Assembly (NCBI GenBank): GCA_964016885.1
Contig: OZ024766.1
Coordinates: 18,972,001 to 19,036,000, forward strand
Length of the DNA stretch: 64,000 nucleotides
Source of the DNA: Eledone cirrhosa
Taxonomy: Eukaryota
Direction: 5' to 3'
Numbering within the stretch: position 1 is the first letter of the stretch; each line of letters starts with the position of its first letter. Under the pieces are notes generated by a model. The model worked only from the letters and a program-made list of their open reading frames with translations, was not told the DNA's origin and did no database searches. Of the stretch, positions 28,345-42,341 are shown in pieces. The position numbers and the translations under genes are program-made.

Positions 28345-29210
28345 GGAGGCACATGGCTTAGTGGTTAGAGCATTGGCCTTGCAATCGAAAGGTTGTGAGT
28401 TCAATTCTCAGACCAGGTGATGTGTTGTTTCCTTGAGCAAGACACTTTATTTCACATTGCTCTAGTTTACTCAGCTGTAGAAATGAGATGATAGGGACTG
28501 GGGTCCCTATCATTCCACTGTAAAGTGGTCGTGGAGGTGCCACGGCAAAAAAAGCACCCAGCCCACACTGTTAAGTGGTCGTGGAGGTGCCACGGCAAAA
28601 AAGCACCCAGCCCTCACTGTAAAGTAGTCGTGGAGGTGCCACAGCAAAAAAGCACCCAGCACTCACTGTAAAGTGGTCGTGGAGGTGCCACGGCAAAAAA
28701 AAAGCACCCAGCACTCACTGTAAAGTGGTCGTGGAGGTGCCACGGCAAAAAAGTACCCAGCCCTCACTGTAAAGTGGTCGTGGAGGTGCCACGGCAAAAA
28801 AAAAGCACCCAGCACTCACTGTAAAGTGGTCGTGTAGGTGTCACAACAAAAAGTACCCAGTCCACACTGTAAAGTGGTCATGTAGGTGTCACAACAAAAA
28901 GTACCCAGTCCACACTGTAAAGTGGTCATGTAGGTGTCACAACAAAAAGCACCCAGTCCACACTGTAAAGTGGTCATGTAGGTGTCAAGACAAACAGCAC
29001 CCAGTCCACACTGTAAAGTGGTCGTGGAGGTGCCACGGCAAAAAAGCACCCAGCACTCACTGTAAAGTGGTCGTGGAGGTGCCACGGCAAAAAAAGCACC
29101 CAGCACTCACTGTAAATGAGGTTGGTGTTAGGAAGGGCATCCAGCTGTAGAAATCAAGCCAGAATCAGTTCCCTTGCAAGCAGGGAAAAGTAGACGTATG
29201 ATGATGATGA
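28345..29210 (+). mobile_element. tRNA-derived SINE with RTE-type 3' tail and internal ~40-bp tandem expansion (copy 1)
   Basis: A-box TGGCTTAGTGG (28354), B-box GAGTTCAATTC (28397), tail nearly identical to the RTE 3' UTR, ends in (GAT)n. Confidence 0.88.
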
Positions 29211-29633
29211 AATGTATAAACAAATGTATAAATAAATATATTAAAAAAATATTAAAACACACACAGACACGGATATAACAGACAAAACACACACACGGAT
29301 ATAACGCATGCACAGCTCACAAAAACAAGACGGTGTAAGACAGAACAAATGAGAGAAGAGAGAGAGAGAAAGTAACAAAACTGGGGAGGTCACAGATGGT
29401 GTGATAAAAGACCTTTGATGACCATCAACAACTAAACAACCATCTGGTTATTAAACTAACAGACAGATGTGTGTGTTTTATTGGTAACATGACCCTACCA
29501 GAGTATAACAATATCTTTCAACATACATTGCAAAACAAAGTATATATATATATAGATATATACACATATATATACACATATATATATATAAACACATACA
29601 TTTACATACATACATACATATTTATACATAGAC

Positions 29634-30263
29634 TTCTACCACCACTACCACTATTTCTACTACTACTACTACCACTATTTCTACTACTACTACCACCACC
29701 ACTACCACTACTACTATTACGACCACTACCACCACTACAACTATTACCAACAACACCACCACCACCACCACCACCACTACCAACACCACCAACACCACCA
29801 CACCACAACCAACACCACCACCACCAACACCACCACACCACAACCAATAGCACCACTACTACCACCATTACTACCACCACCACCATCACCACCACCACGC
29901 CACCATCACCACCATCACCACGCCACCAACACTACTACCACCACTACTACCACCAACACCACCACCACCACCACCAACACTACTACCACCAACACCACAA
30001 CCAACACCACCACCACCACCACGCCACCACCACCACCATCACCACCACCACTACTACCACCAACACCACCACCACCACCACCAACACTACTACCACCACC
30101 ACTACACCACCACTACTACACCATCACCACCACTACTACCACCACCACCACCACCATCACCACCAACACTACTACCACCACTACTACACCATCACCACCA
30201 CTACTACCACCACCACCACCACCATCACCACCAACACTACTACCACCAACACCACAACCAACA
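29634..30263. repeat. (CAC)n/(CTA)n compound microsatellite
   Basis: Direct reading. Confidence 0.93.
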
Positions 30264-30299
30264 GTTGACAATTCAACATGTTACAAGGGTGAATGAATA

Positions 30300-30442
30300 A
30301 TTATATACACACACGTGTATATATACACATGATATATACATACACACACACACACTATATATATATATATACACACACTATATATATATATATATACATA
30401 CACACACACACACTATATATATATATATACACACACACACAC

Positions 30443-30505
<63 letters not shown>

Positions 30506-30582
30506 ATATATATATACACACACACACTATATATATATATATACACATACACACACACACTATATATATATATACACATACA

Positions 30583-30627
<45 letters not shown>

Positions 30628-30850
30628 ATATATATATATATATACATACATACACACACACTATATATATACACATACACACTATATATATATATATACA
30701 TACACACACACACACTATATATATATACACACACACTATATATACACACACACACTATATATACACACACACACTATATATATACACACACACTATATAT
30801 ATACACACACACACACACACTATATATATATATGTATACATACACACACA

Positions 30851-30907
<57 letters not shown>

Positions 30908-31137
30908 CACACACACACACTACATATATATATATACATACACACACACTACATATATATATATACATACACACACACACACACTACATATATATATATA
31001 TACAGAGGAAAACGATGTGTCAAAATATTCAAGGATGACGCGCGTTTCGCGATCGATCAGTTCAAGGTAAAGATCAGTATCGATCGCTGCAGACTCCTCT
31101 GGAATCAATAGTCTATCACCCCCACCCACCCTCCCTC

Positions 31138-31190
<53 letters not shown>

Positions 31191-31303
31191 AAACAAGGGG
31201 CTGTGTGGATGCTTGATAAAGTGTATTTAGAAGTAAAACGAGAGCACAAATAAAGGACACGTCCCCTCATCAGTTGTCTGTTGGGACTCTCCAACATTTC
31301 AAC

Positions 31304-31358
<55 letters not shown>

Positions 31359-31433
31359 CACACCTCCTCTGGATAAATCAGTCGCTATAGATTATGTAAA
31401 ATGTAGAATAGAACTGTCTAGAAATTATTGCTG

Positions 31434-31466
<33 letters not shown>

Positions 31467-31751
31467 TATATATGTACACACACACACATATATCTATATA
31501 TATATACACACATATACACACAAATATACACATATATATACACATATATACACACAAATATACACACATATATATATACACATATACGTACAAATATACA
31601 CACACACACACACACATATATATATACACATATGTACACACACACACACACACATATATGTACACACACATATATGTACACACACACACACACACATATG
31701 TACACACACATATATATACACACGCACAAATACACACAAATATACACACAC

Positions 31752-31782
<31 letters not shown>

Positions 31783-31976
31783 CACACACACATATATATA
31801 TACACACATATATGTAAAGTATTTCCGAAGAAAAAGCAAAGGAAAAAAGAAACTATATACATATATATGTGTATATACATATATGTATATATATATATAT
31901 ATACATATATATACATATATATATATGCATTTATAAAAAAATAAAATATATGCACACACCCACGTTTCTACACACA

Positions 31977-32035
<59 letters not shown>

Positions 32036-32683
32036 CACACACATATGTATATATACTATATATAGCAAAGTATGATCTAATGATATTATAATATATTAAC
32101 TATATATAGATGCATATATATACATATACACCCTTGTATATATGTATATATATACATATATGTATATATATATATACATATTTATACACATATAAATATA
32201 CATATTTATACACATAATGTATATAGATATATTTATACATATATAATGTATATACATACATATTTATACATTTGTATATATATGTGTACATATATATGTA
32301 TATATACATATATATACATATATGTATATACATACATATATGTATATATATGTATATACATACATATATGTATATATATATGTATATACATACATATATG
32401 TATATATATGTATATACATACATATATGTATATATATATGTATATACATATATATATATATATGTATATACATATATATACATATATATACATATATGTA
32501 TATACATATATATACATATATATACATATATGTATATACATATATATACATATACATATATATATATACATATACATATATATACATATATGTATGTATA
32601 TACATATATATACATATGTATATATATATACATATATATATATATGTATATATATATACATATGTATATATACTTATGTATAC

Positions 32684-32714
<31 letters not shown>

Positions 32715-32882
32715 CATTATATAGCTACATACACCCACGTATATACACAGTTGACAGTTGATGTCAAGGACACCATCAATGTCACAACATCACATCATCT
32801 CTCTCTCCACTATATATACACATATATACACACATACATATATATTATACACACTCATTCATATACACACATATATATTACT

Positions 32883-32917
<35 letters not shown>

Positions 32918-32950
32918 TATGTGTATATATATATATAAACGCAAAGATAT

Positions 32951-32990
<40 letters not shown>

Positions 32991-33325
32991 CTGATTACAT
33001 AAATATACGTTACAGAATAATATATACATATATATATTATATACATATACATATATATACACCACCAACAGACTGTTGCCCAGATCAATCTGGATATATA
33101 TATATATATATATATAGCTATGTGTGTATATATATATATATATATATCCCATATATATATATATATACACCATATATATATATATATATACCATATATAT
33201 ATACACACCATATATATATATATATACCATATATATATATATATATATACCATATATATATATATATATACCATATATATATATATATATACCATATATA
33301 TATATATACACATATATATATATAT

Positions 33326-33365
<40 letters not shown>

Positions 33366-33443
33366 CTATGTATATATATATATATACAACATATCTTTAC
33401 ACATATATTAGGATATATTATAGACTATAAAACATTATATATA

Positions 33444-33483
<40 letters not shown>

Positions 33484-33715
33484 TATATATATATATATAT
33501 ATATATACAAATAATTATACACATATTTAAAAATCATGAATAATTTATATACACAAACATTTAACTAAACATCAATAAATATACATATATATACATATAT
33601 ATATACATATATATATGTATATATATATACACAATAAACATACATCTATATTCAACAGTATATATACAAAATACACTATATATACACGTATATATACCAC
33701 ATATAATATACACCC

Positions 33716-33748
<33 letters not shown>

Positions 33749-34480
33749 ACAGTATATACACTATATACACAAATATATATATATATATACTGTATATATA
33801 GTATATATAGCATATAATATATACATTATATACCCCTGTGTATATATATATATATATATATACCATATTATACATTAGATACACCCCTGTGTATATACTG
33901 TATATATATATATAGTATATATACCATAAAATATACTGTATATATATAGTATATATATATCATATAATATATACATTATATACACCCCTGTGTATATACA
34001 CTCTTACCTAATGTGTGTAGGTAACTCCATCTGTTGTTCAGTGTAAAATCCTTGCCAGTGTATATATATCACCTTTCCTTGGTAACAAGATATACATACA
34101 TGTCACATACATATGTCTATATATATATATACACACACATATACATATATATATATATATATATATACACACCTCACATTGAACAAACTATATAATCACA
34201 GTTGATAATGATATATATATATATATATATATACACTATATATATATATATACACACTATATATATATATATATATATATATACACTATATATATATATA
34301 TACACTATATATATATGTATACACTATATATATGTATACACTATATGTGTACTCTACAGTTTAATTGGTATTTCTAGTGTATATATAAACATATATACAC
34401 TCAGTCATGGTATATATAAGGTATCCTGCTCAGTCTGTGTGTGTGTATATATATATATATACACACATGTATGTATATAG
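30300..34480. repeat. (TA)n/(CA)n microsatellite field with small unique islands
   Basis: Direct reading. Confidence 0.9.
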
Positions 34481-34589
34481 AGGGTGTATATATCCTTTGC
34501 TTCACATGTAAGGCTGCTGGAGGTGTGACACAGGATTTGTCCTAGCACCCTTTCTGTTAGAGAAGATCCTAGTGTATATAAGGCCGGTG

Positions 34590-34868
34590 TGTTTAATCCA
34601 CTGGGTGTATATATATATATTTGACTATATAGTAGTATCAGATCTGTGTTGAATCAACTGTTGGTGTATATATACGACTGTGTAGAATCCACTGGGTGTA
34701 TATATATATATTTGACTATATAGTAGTATCAGATCTGTGTTGAATCAACTGTTGGTGTATATATACGACTGTGTAGAATCCACTGGGTGTATATATATAT
34801 ATATTTATATATATATGGGACTATATAGTGTAAGGTCTATCAACTGTTTGTGTAGAATCCACTGGGTG

Positions 34869-34901
<33 letters not shown>

Positions 34902-34973
34902 GGGACTATATAGTGTAAGGTCTGTGTTGAATCAACTGTTGGTGTATATATGGGACTGTGTAGAATCCACTGG

Positions 34974-35033
<60 letters not shown>

Positions 35034-35360
35034 GACTATATAGTGTAAGGTCTCTGTGTTGAATCAACTGTTGGTGTATATATGAGACTGTGTAGAATCC
35101 ACTGGGTGTATATATATATATTTATATATATATGGGACTATATAGTGTAAGGTCTGTGTGTTGAATCAACTGTTGGTGTATATATATATATAGGACTGTG
35201 TAGAATCCACTGGGTGTATATATATATATATATAGGACTGTGTAGAATCCACTGGGTGTATATATATATATATATATATATATGGGACTATATAGTATCA
35301 GTTCTGTGTTGAATCAACTGTTGGTGTATATATGGGACTGTATAGAATCAACTGGCTGTG
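34590..35360. repeat. Composite minisatellite (GTAGAATCCACTGGGTG(TA)n / GTGTTGAATCAACTGTTGGTG modules)
   Basis: Modules recur about 7 times with variable TA tracts. Confidence 0.85.
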
Positions 35361-35391
<31 letters not shown>

Positions 35392-35572
35392 GTGTGTGTA
35401 TTATATGTATGTATAATCACAGCAGATAAATGTGTGTATAATATAAATAAGTGTTGATATATATATACATGGGGAGCTTACATATATATATTTCCTTGTA
35501 GTATATATATATATATATATATATAACGCTTGTGTTGAATGAACTGGGTGTATATATATATATATCTCTCTT

Positions 35573-35603
<31 letters not shown>

Positions 35604-36047
35604 TTGTGTGTGCGTATGTATAATCACAGCAGAGAATTGTGTGTATATAAATATGTGTGTATGTATATATACATGTGTATGTATAAGGCCTGTGTTGAAT
35701 GAACTGGGTGTATATTATATATATATATATGTAAATATATATCTTGGTACAATCACAGACGACAGTTGAGTGTATATATATATGTATATATATATGTGTG
35801 TATGTGTGTATATATATATATATACAACAGGAAGTTTACTGTAGCTGAGGGCCGCCCCCACAATATACTATATATATACACCCTGTCTATATATATATAT
35901 CTATTTATATATATATGTATGTATATATATATATGTATGTGTGTTTATATATATATTTGTATGTATAATGTATGTATAATGTCTTAAAATTCAGCTGATT
36001 TTATGTATATAATTATAAATAATATATAATATATATACACATATATG

Positions 36048-36082
<35 letters not shown>

Positions 36083-36589
36083 TTATGTCATTGAGGTATA
36101 TATATTATATACACACATCTAGATGTGTGTTGACTTTAATAGGAGGATGATAACAAGAAGGGATCACAGCAACCGTCATTATATACTATATATATACACC
36201 ATATACACACCACATCTATATACATACATATATCATGTATATGTGTATATAATGTATGAATGTATGTATATGTATATATTAAATGCCGGGTGTATATAAG
36301 TGACCAGTCCGAAACTTTAGAATCCCCCCCAAGCGTGTGTATATATAGAAAGCCCCGCCAAAATCAACTCGAGGGTGTATATATATATAAATATATGCAT
36401 ATATAAATATAGAAGTCTATATATAGTGTAGGTGGGTGTATATATTGGTGATGGTGTAGTCACAGAGTGGTGTTAACACAGCTTGTGGTGTATATGTATG
36501 TATATATATACAGCAGTGTGTATATATAGAGAGAGGACTTGTAATGTGTGTATATAGTAGTCCTGTGTATATAAACTGACATACATACA

Positions 36590-37400
36590 CATGTCTCCTC
36601 ACCCTCTCTCTATGTCTCTATATTTCCCTTCCACCCACTCTCTCTTTGTCTAAGTATCTTTCTTCATCTTTCACTTCTTCTCCTCCTCTCTCATATCTAT
36701 GTATGTCTCTTTCTCCCCCTCTCTCTATGTCTCTATATTTCCCTTCCATCCTCTCTCTCTAAGTATCTTTCTTCCTCTTTCACTTCTCATCCTCTCTCAT
36801 ATCTATGTATGTCTCTTCGTCCCCCTCTCTCTATGTCTCTATATTTCCCTTCCATCCTCTCTCTCTCTCTCTCTTTGTCTAAGTATCTTACTTCCTCTTT
36901 CACTTCTCCTCCTCTCTCGTATCTATGTATGTCTCTTCCTTTCCCTCTCTCTATGTCTCTATATTTCCTTTCCATCCTCTCTCTCTCTCTCTCTCTTTGT
37001 CTAAGTATCTTACTTCCTCTTTCACTTCTCCTCCTCTGTCATATCTATGTAAGTCTCTTCCTCCCCCCTTTCTATATATCTAAGTATGTTTCTTCCTCTC
37101 CTCTCTCTTGTCTATGCATGTCTCTTCCTCTCACCCTTTCCATCCTCTCTCTCTCTCTCTCTCTTTGTCTAAGTATCTTACTTCCTCTTTCACTTCTCCT
37201 CCTCTCTCGTATCTATGTATGTCTCTGTCCCGTTTGTCACTTCCTCTACTCCTCTATCTTATCTATGTGTGTCTCTTCCTCACCCTCTCTCTACATCTAA
37301 GTATGTTTCTCCCTTCCACTTTCTCTCCTACTCTCTCTTGTCTATGTATGTCTCTTCCTCCCACCCTGTCTTAATGTTTTAACTCTACCTCTGCCTCCCC
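36590..37400. repeat. CT-rich diverged tandem repeat (~110-120 bp)
   Basis: CTAAGTATCTT.CTTCCTCTTTCACTTCTC recurs at ~36650, 36760, 36880, 37000 and 37170. Confidence 0.8.
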
Positions 37401-38230
37401 CTCTCTCTATGTCTGTGCATGTCTCTTCCTCCCCCCTCCTTTTGTGTCTATATATCCCTTTTTTCACCCTCTTTCAGTACCTATATCTATCTCTCTCCTC
37501 CCACCCTCTCTCTGTCTTTGTTAATGTCTCTTCCTTTCACTCTCTCTTAATGTCTATATATTTTCTCTCACCCTCTCTTGTCGTCTGTATATGTCTTCTC
37601 ACTCTCTCTCTATGATAATTTTATCTTTGTCTTATCTCCATCTCTCTCTCTCTATATATATATATATCTTTTCTCCCTCTCTCTATATATACTTCTCTCT
37701 CTCTCTCTCTATATATATATATTTTTACTCCTCCTCTCTCTGTATGTCTATACATCTCCTCCTATCCCCTCTCTATGTCTTTGTCTCTTCTCCCCTTCTG
37801 TGTGTGTGTATCTGTGTTTAACTATGCGTTTATGTTCACCCCTTCATTCTAATTTATATGTATATGTGTGTGTGTGTGAATAAATATTTCTCTCTCTCTA
37901 TATATATATATATATGTGTATGTATGTATATGTAATTATGTGAGGGAGAAGGGGGAAGACGGCGCTGTACCCCCTCTCACTCTTCTAGCTTGCTATTGGT
38001 ATTAGTGATGGTGATGATGGTGGTGGTGGTGGTGGCAGCGGTCGGCTGTTAGTAGTGGTCACAGTGTAATATAACATACAGAGAGAGCGGGTAAAAGATA
38101 GATACTCCCCTTCCTCCCACCACTCTAGTTGTCAACGCTGGTGATGCTACTGGTGGTGATGGTGGCGATCGGTATCGGCAGTGGTCAGAGGAAAACATAA
38201 CAGACAGAGGGAGAGGAAGTAAAAGAGCCA

Positions 38231-38468
38231 CCCCCCTTCCTCCAACTGCTTTCAGTGATGACGTTGGTGATGAGGAAGGTGTTGATTGATGGTAGTGGTC
38301 AGAGTATAAGGATAGAGAGAGAGAGAGAGAGAGTAAACTTCCCCCTCCCTCCTTGTCTCCAACTGCTTTCAGTGATGATGGTGGTAATGAGGAAGGTGTT
38401 GATTGATGGTAGTGGTCAGAGTATAAGGATAGAGAGAGACAGAGAGTAAACTTCCCCCTCCCTCCTTG
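38231..38468. repeat. ~119-bp tandem duplication
   Basis: CTCCAACTGCTTTCAGTGATGA...GAGTAAACTTCCCCCTCCCTCCTTGT present twice. Confidence 0.85.
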
Positions 38469-38919
38469 TTGAATGCCGCTATTTTTTAGCCCCAGAGCAG
38501 CCGACCATGTTTGAGAAGAAGAACTAAGACATATCATACACGCTCCAGCCGTGACTATCCCGTCTTTCGCTTCTCAGTATGATCTACGATTACGTTCTCC
38601 AATATATCCATTCTTATATACAGGTATTTATTGATTCATTTGAGACGATGTGATGTGATGTGATTTTGAGGGAGATTTGGCTGCTATTTCTAGCAGGGTC
38701 GAGCGATAACGTAGCTGATGATGATGGTGGTGGTGGTGGGGTAGTGTGAGTAGAAGGGGGGAGATACACGCTCCCCCCCCCCTCTCTCGTTCCCTTGTTG
38801 CTGCTGATGATGAAATTTGCTGCAGTAGTAGTAGTAGTAGGGGTAGTGGTGTTAGTAGTAGTAGTAGTGGTCGTAATAGTAGTAGTGGTAGTAGTAGTAG
38901 TGGTGGTGGTGATGGTGGA

Positions 38920-41900
38920 GAGGCGGTAGAGAGAGAGAAAGGAAGAGAGACGAAGAAAGAGGAGAAAAAAAACAAAGAAAGCGAGAGAGGGGGAGGGAAA
39001 GAGAAGAAGATAGAGACGTTTGTTGTTTATGATGATGTTGATAAACGGAGTGATAGTGGGAGATGAAGAGAGAGAGAGGGTATAAGGTAAGAGAGGGAGC
39101 CGGAGGGGGAACTTCTACTTCTCTTGTTTTGTTGATGATGATGATGTTAGTAGTAGAAGTAGTAGTGGTGGTGTAAGTAAAAGAAGGGGAGGACTCGCCC
39201 CTCTCGCAATACATTGTTAACGATGTTGATGCAATGCAACAGACGGGGTTGCAAAGGGGATGGGAAGAGGTAAAAGAATAAGAAAGGAGCCGGAGGGGGC
39301 AAAGAAGCGGGCAAACGGGACAGAGGTTAGATAGGGAGGGAAAAGAAGGGGAGGCTATCAACGAAGCAACAGACGAAAAAGAAGAGGAGGTTAGATTCGA
39401 AGGAAAGGAGGAGGTAGTGAAAGAAAGGGTGAAAGAGAGTAAGGCATAAAGAAAGAGAAGGGATTAGGGTGAGGGAAAGAAGGGGTGGATGGTAATAATG
39501 CAACAGACGGGGAGGAGAAGGAGGAGGTGAGGACGACAGAGAGAAGAGGGGAGTAAGATAACAAAGTGAGGGAGAGAGAAAGAGAGGGTAATGTTAAAGA
39601 GAGAGTGAGAAAGGCAAGAGAAAGAGTTAAAGCCGGTAAAAAAGAGAGCAAAAGAGAAACGAGAAAGGAGGAGGACGACAGAGAGAAGAGGGGCGTAAGA
39701 TAACAAAGTGAGGGAGATAGAAAGAGACGGTAATGTTAAAGAGAGAGAGAAAGCCAAGAGAAAGAGATAAAGCCGGTAAAAACGAGAGCAAAAGAGAAAC
39801 GACAAAGGAGGAGGAGAAAAAAAGGGGCAAGTAAGAGAAGCCGGTAAGAAAGAGAGACAGAAAGGGAGTAGAAATAAGAGGCAGCTGGCGATGAAGAGAG
39901 AGATACATAGAGATAAAGGGAGGGGGGAACACTAAAAAGAGAGGAAAGTGAAAGAAAACCTTACAAAGAGAGAGAGGGAGATGTTACAAAAAAGAGAGAG
40001 AGTATAAAAGAACAGCCGGCATTGCAAAGGAAGAATGAGGGAGTAGCATAAAAGGAGGAGAAGGCAGAGGGTAGGAAGAGAGTAAAAGAATAAGAGAGAG
40101 GGAAAGAAGGACAACAGATTGACCTCCCCCTCTCTTATTATTTATTCATCCCTCTTTCTCTCTCTCTCTATCTATCTCTCCCTGTATTTATGTATTCATC
40201 TTTTTTTCTTTATCTCCCTATCTCTCTCTTTATCTCTCCCTCTCTAGCAACATCTCTTTCTATGTATCTGTCTCTCTCCCTCTCGATATTTCTCTATATA
40301 TCTATCTATCTGTCTCCCTTTCTATCCCTCTCCTTTTATATCTCTTTATCTCTCTCCCTTTCTATATATCTCTCCTTCACTCTATTTATCTCCCTATCTC
40401 TCTCTATTTATCTATCTCTCCTTCTATATATCTGTCTCTCTCTATCTCTCCTTCACTCTATTTATCTCCCTATCTCTCTCTATCTATCTATTTATCTCTC
40501 CCTCCCTCTCCCTCTATATATCTGTCTCTCTCTCTCTCTCTCCTTCAAAAGCAGACGATAAAGGGAAGAGAAGCCGCAACAACTGGCGGAAGTAGCAAAA
40601 CATGCAATAAAGGGGGAGCAGGAAGAGGTAGAAATAGTAAAAAGACAACAACACAGCACCGTGGTAGGAGGAGCAAGCAGACGAAAGGTACATAATACAT
40701 AATAGAGAGAGGGGGGGGAGCGATAAAACGGGAGAAAAAAAAAGAAAGAGTAGGAAAGGAGTGAATGAGAAAAAAAGAGTGAAGCAGACGACAGATACAT
40801 AAAACAAAGAGAGGGGGAGAAGAAAAAGGCAAGAGGAGTGGGAAGAGATGCCGCATTACATGTGAAGCAATGGCGACGACGGCGGCGGAGTTGTTCAACG
40901 CAGCGAAGGGGAGGGAGAGGAGGTGAGATAAGACTAAGGAGGCAAGGGGGGAGGAAACTACATATTTGTATGAGAGGGAAAGGAGGAAAAAGAAAGTAAA
41001 TAACTGTTTCTACATTTGGCACAAGGCCAGCAATTATCACAGTGTATTACTGGTACTTTAATAACACATGTGTGTCAGAGGGAAAAGAGAAAGTGGAGGG
41101 GGAGAGACCGTACGTGTTAACTAAGGTGGTGCGGGTGGGGTGAAGTCAACAAGTAAGGAGGTGGGAGGTAAAGTAATAAGAAGGAGGGAGGGGAAGAGAT
41201 GATATTATAGTGAAGGTAGCAGCAGTAGTAGTGGTGGTGGTGGGAGTAGATGTTAAGACAGTGTTGATAGGTTAAGGTGGGGGTGGTGGTGTGAGTAGTA
41301 ATAGCATGATGGTGGGAGTGGTGGTAGTAATGAGGTGGTGGAGGGGGAGGTGATTACATAGGTTATGAATGAATGACACACTAACCGAAGGAAATAGTAA
41401 TAGTAATAGTAGTAGTAGTAGTAGTAGTATGTGTGTGTGTGTGTATGTGTCTAGTGTGTATATGTGTGTGTATTTATGTGATTTGTTGTGTTTATGTGTC
41501 TGTGTAAGTCGGGTGGGGGGAGAGAAAGATATACAGAGAGAGAGAGGGGAAGAGAGAGAGAGAGTTAAAGAGCGAGAAAGTGTGTGAGAGACAGAGTGAG
41601 AGAGAGAGAGGACAGTGTGTAAGATATGGAGAGAGTGAGTGTGTGTAAGAGAGAGAGACAGAGTGTGAGAGAGGGAGAGACAAAGAGGCAGGAGAGGGTG
41701 TGCGAGAAAGAGAGAGTAAGAGACAAGAGAGAGAGTGTAAGAGAGAGGAGAGCCGCATGAGATAAAAACAGACGACGGAATGACGTAAGAGACGGAAAAA
41801 AACGGAAAAACACGAAGAAAAGGAAAGGAAAAATATCCATAAATCGTAAATAGAGAGATGAAGGGAGGACAGAGAGAGTGAGGGAGAGAAAGACAGAGAG

Positions 41901-42170
41901 AGAGAAAGACAGACAGAGAGAGATAGAGAAAAGAGAGAGAGAGAGAGATAAAAAGCGAGAGAAAGAGAGAGAGAGAGATAAAAAGCGAGAGAAAGAGAGG
42001 GAGTGAAAGGAAAAAAAGTGAGATGAAGAGAATTAAAAAGAGAGAGAAAGAACAGACAAAACAGAGAGATGGAAAAAGAGGGGGTTGGGTGGGAAGGAGA
42101 GGAGGTGAAAGCTGACGGAAACTGGCGGAGACTGACGGAAAAGACAGACGGAAAGAGAGATGGAAAAACC
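38920..42170. repeat. Purine/pyrimidine-skewed low-complexity tracts (GA-rich, CT-rich at 40120-40545)
   Basis: Direct reading; includes a ~140-bp duplication at 39530-39805. Confidence 0.8.
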
Positions 42171-42330
42171 GGTTATATTTCCTGTTGGTTTCCGTCTCCT
42201 GTCACCACACCTCCCGCTGTGACGTCACACCACCCGCTGTGACGTCACCAGAGAGAGAGTAGGAGGAGGAGACGAAGGACTGTAGTTGTTCAAGGGACGT
42301 AACTCGCCCCGACAGGTTTGCAGTCGAGTT
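42110..42330. promoter_or_regulatory. Putative CpG-rich promoter with tandem CRE sites
   Basis: TGACGTCA at 42220-42227 and 42240-42247; ETS-like CGGAA/TTCCG/TTCCT cores; local CpG retention. Confidence 0.5.
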
Positions 42331-42341
42331 TCTATAAGTGA

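Noticed and set aside
28345-28420. tRNA gene
   Set aside because: A and B boxes are present but no full cloverleaf is evident; it continues into a SINE body
29471-30268. Pro/His/Thr-rich ORF (also 56536-57819)
   Set aside because: Trinucleotide repeat translation with no domain evidence
31260-31305. Minus-strand GAAA...CTGATGA resembling a hammerhead
   Set aside because: No UH after the stem and no stem I or II can be built; at most a degenerate remnant
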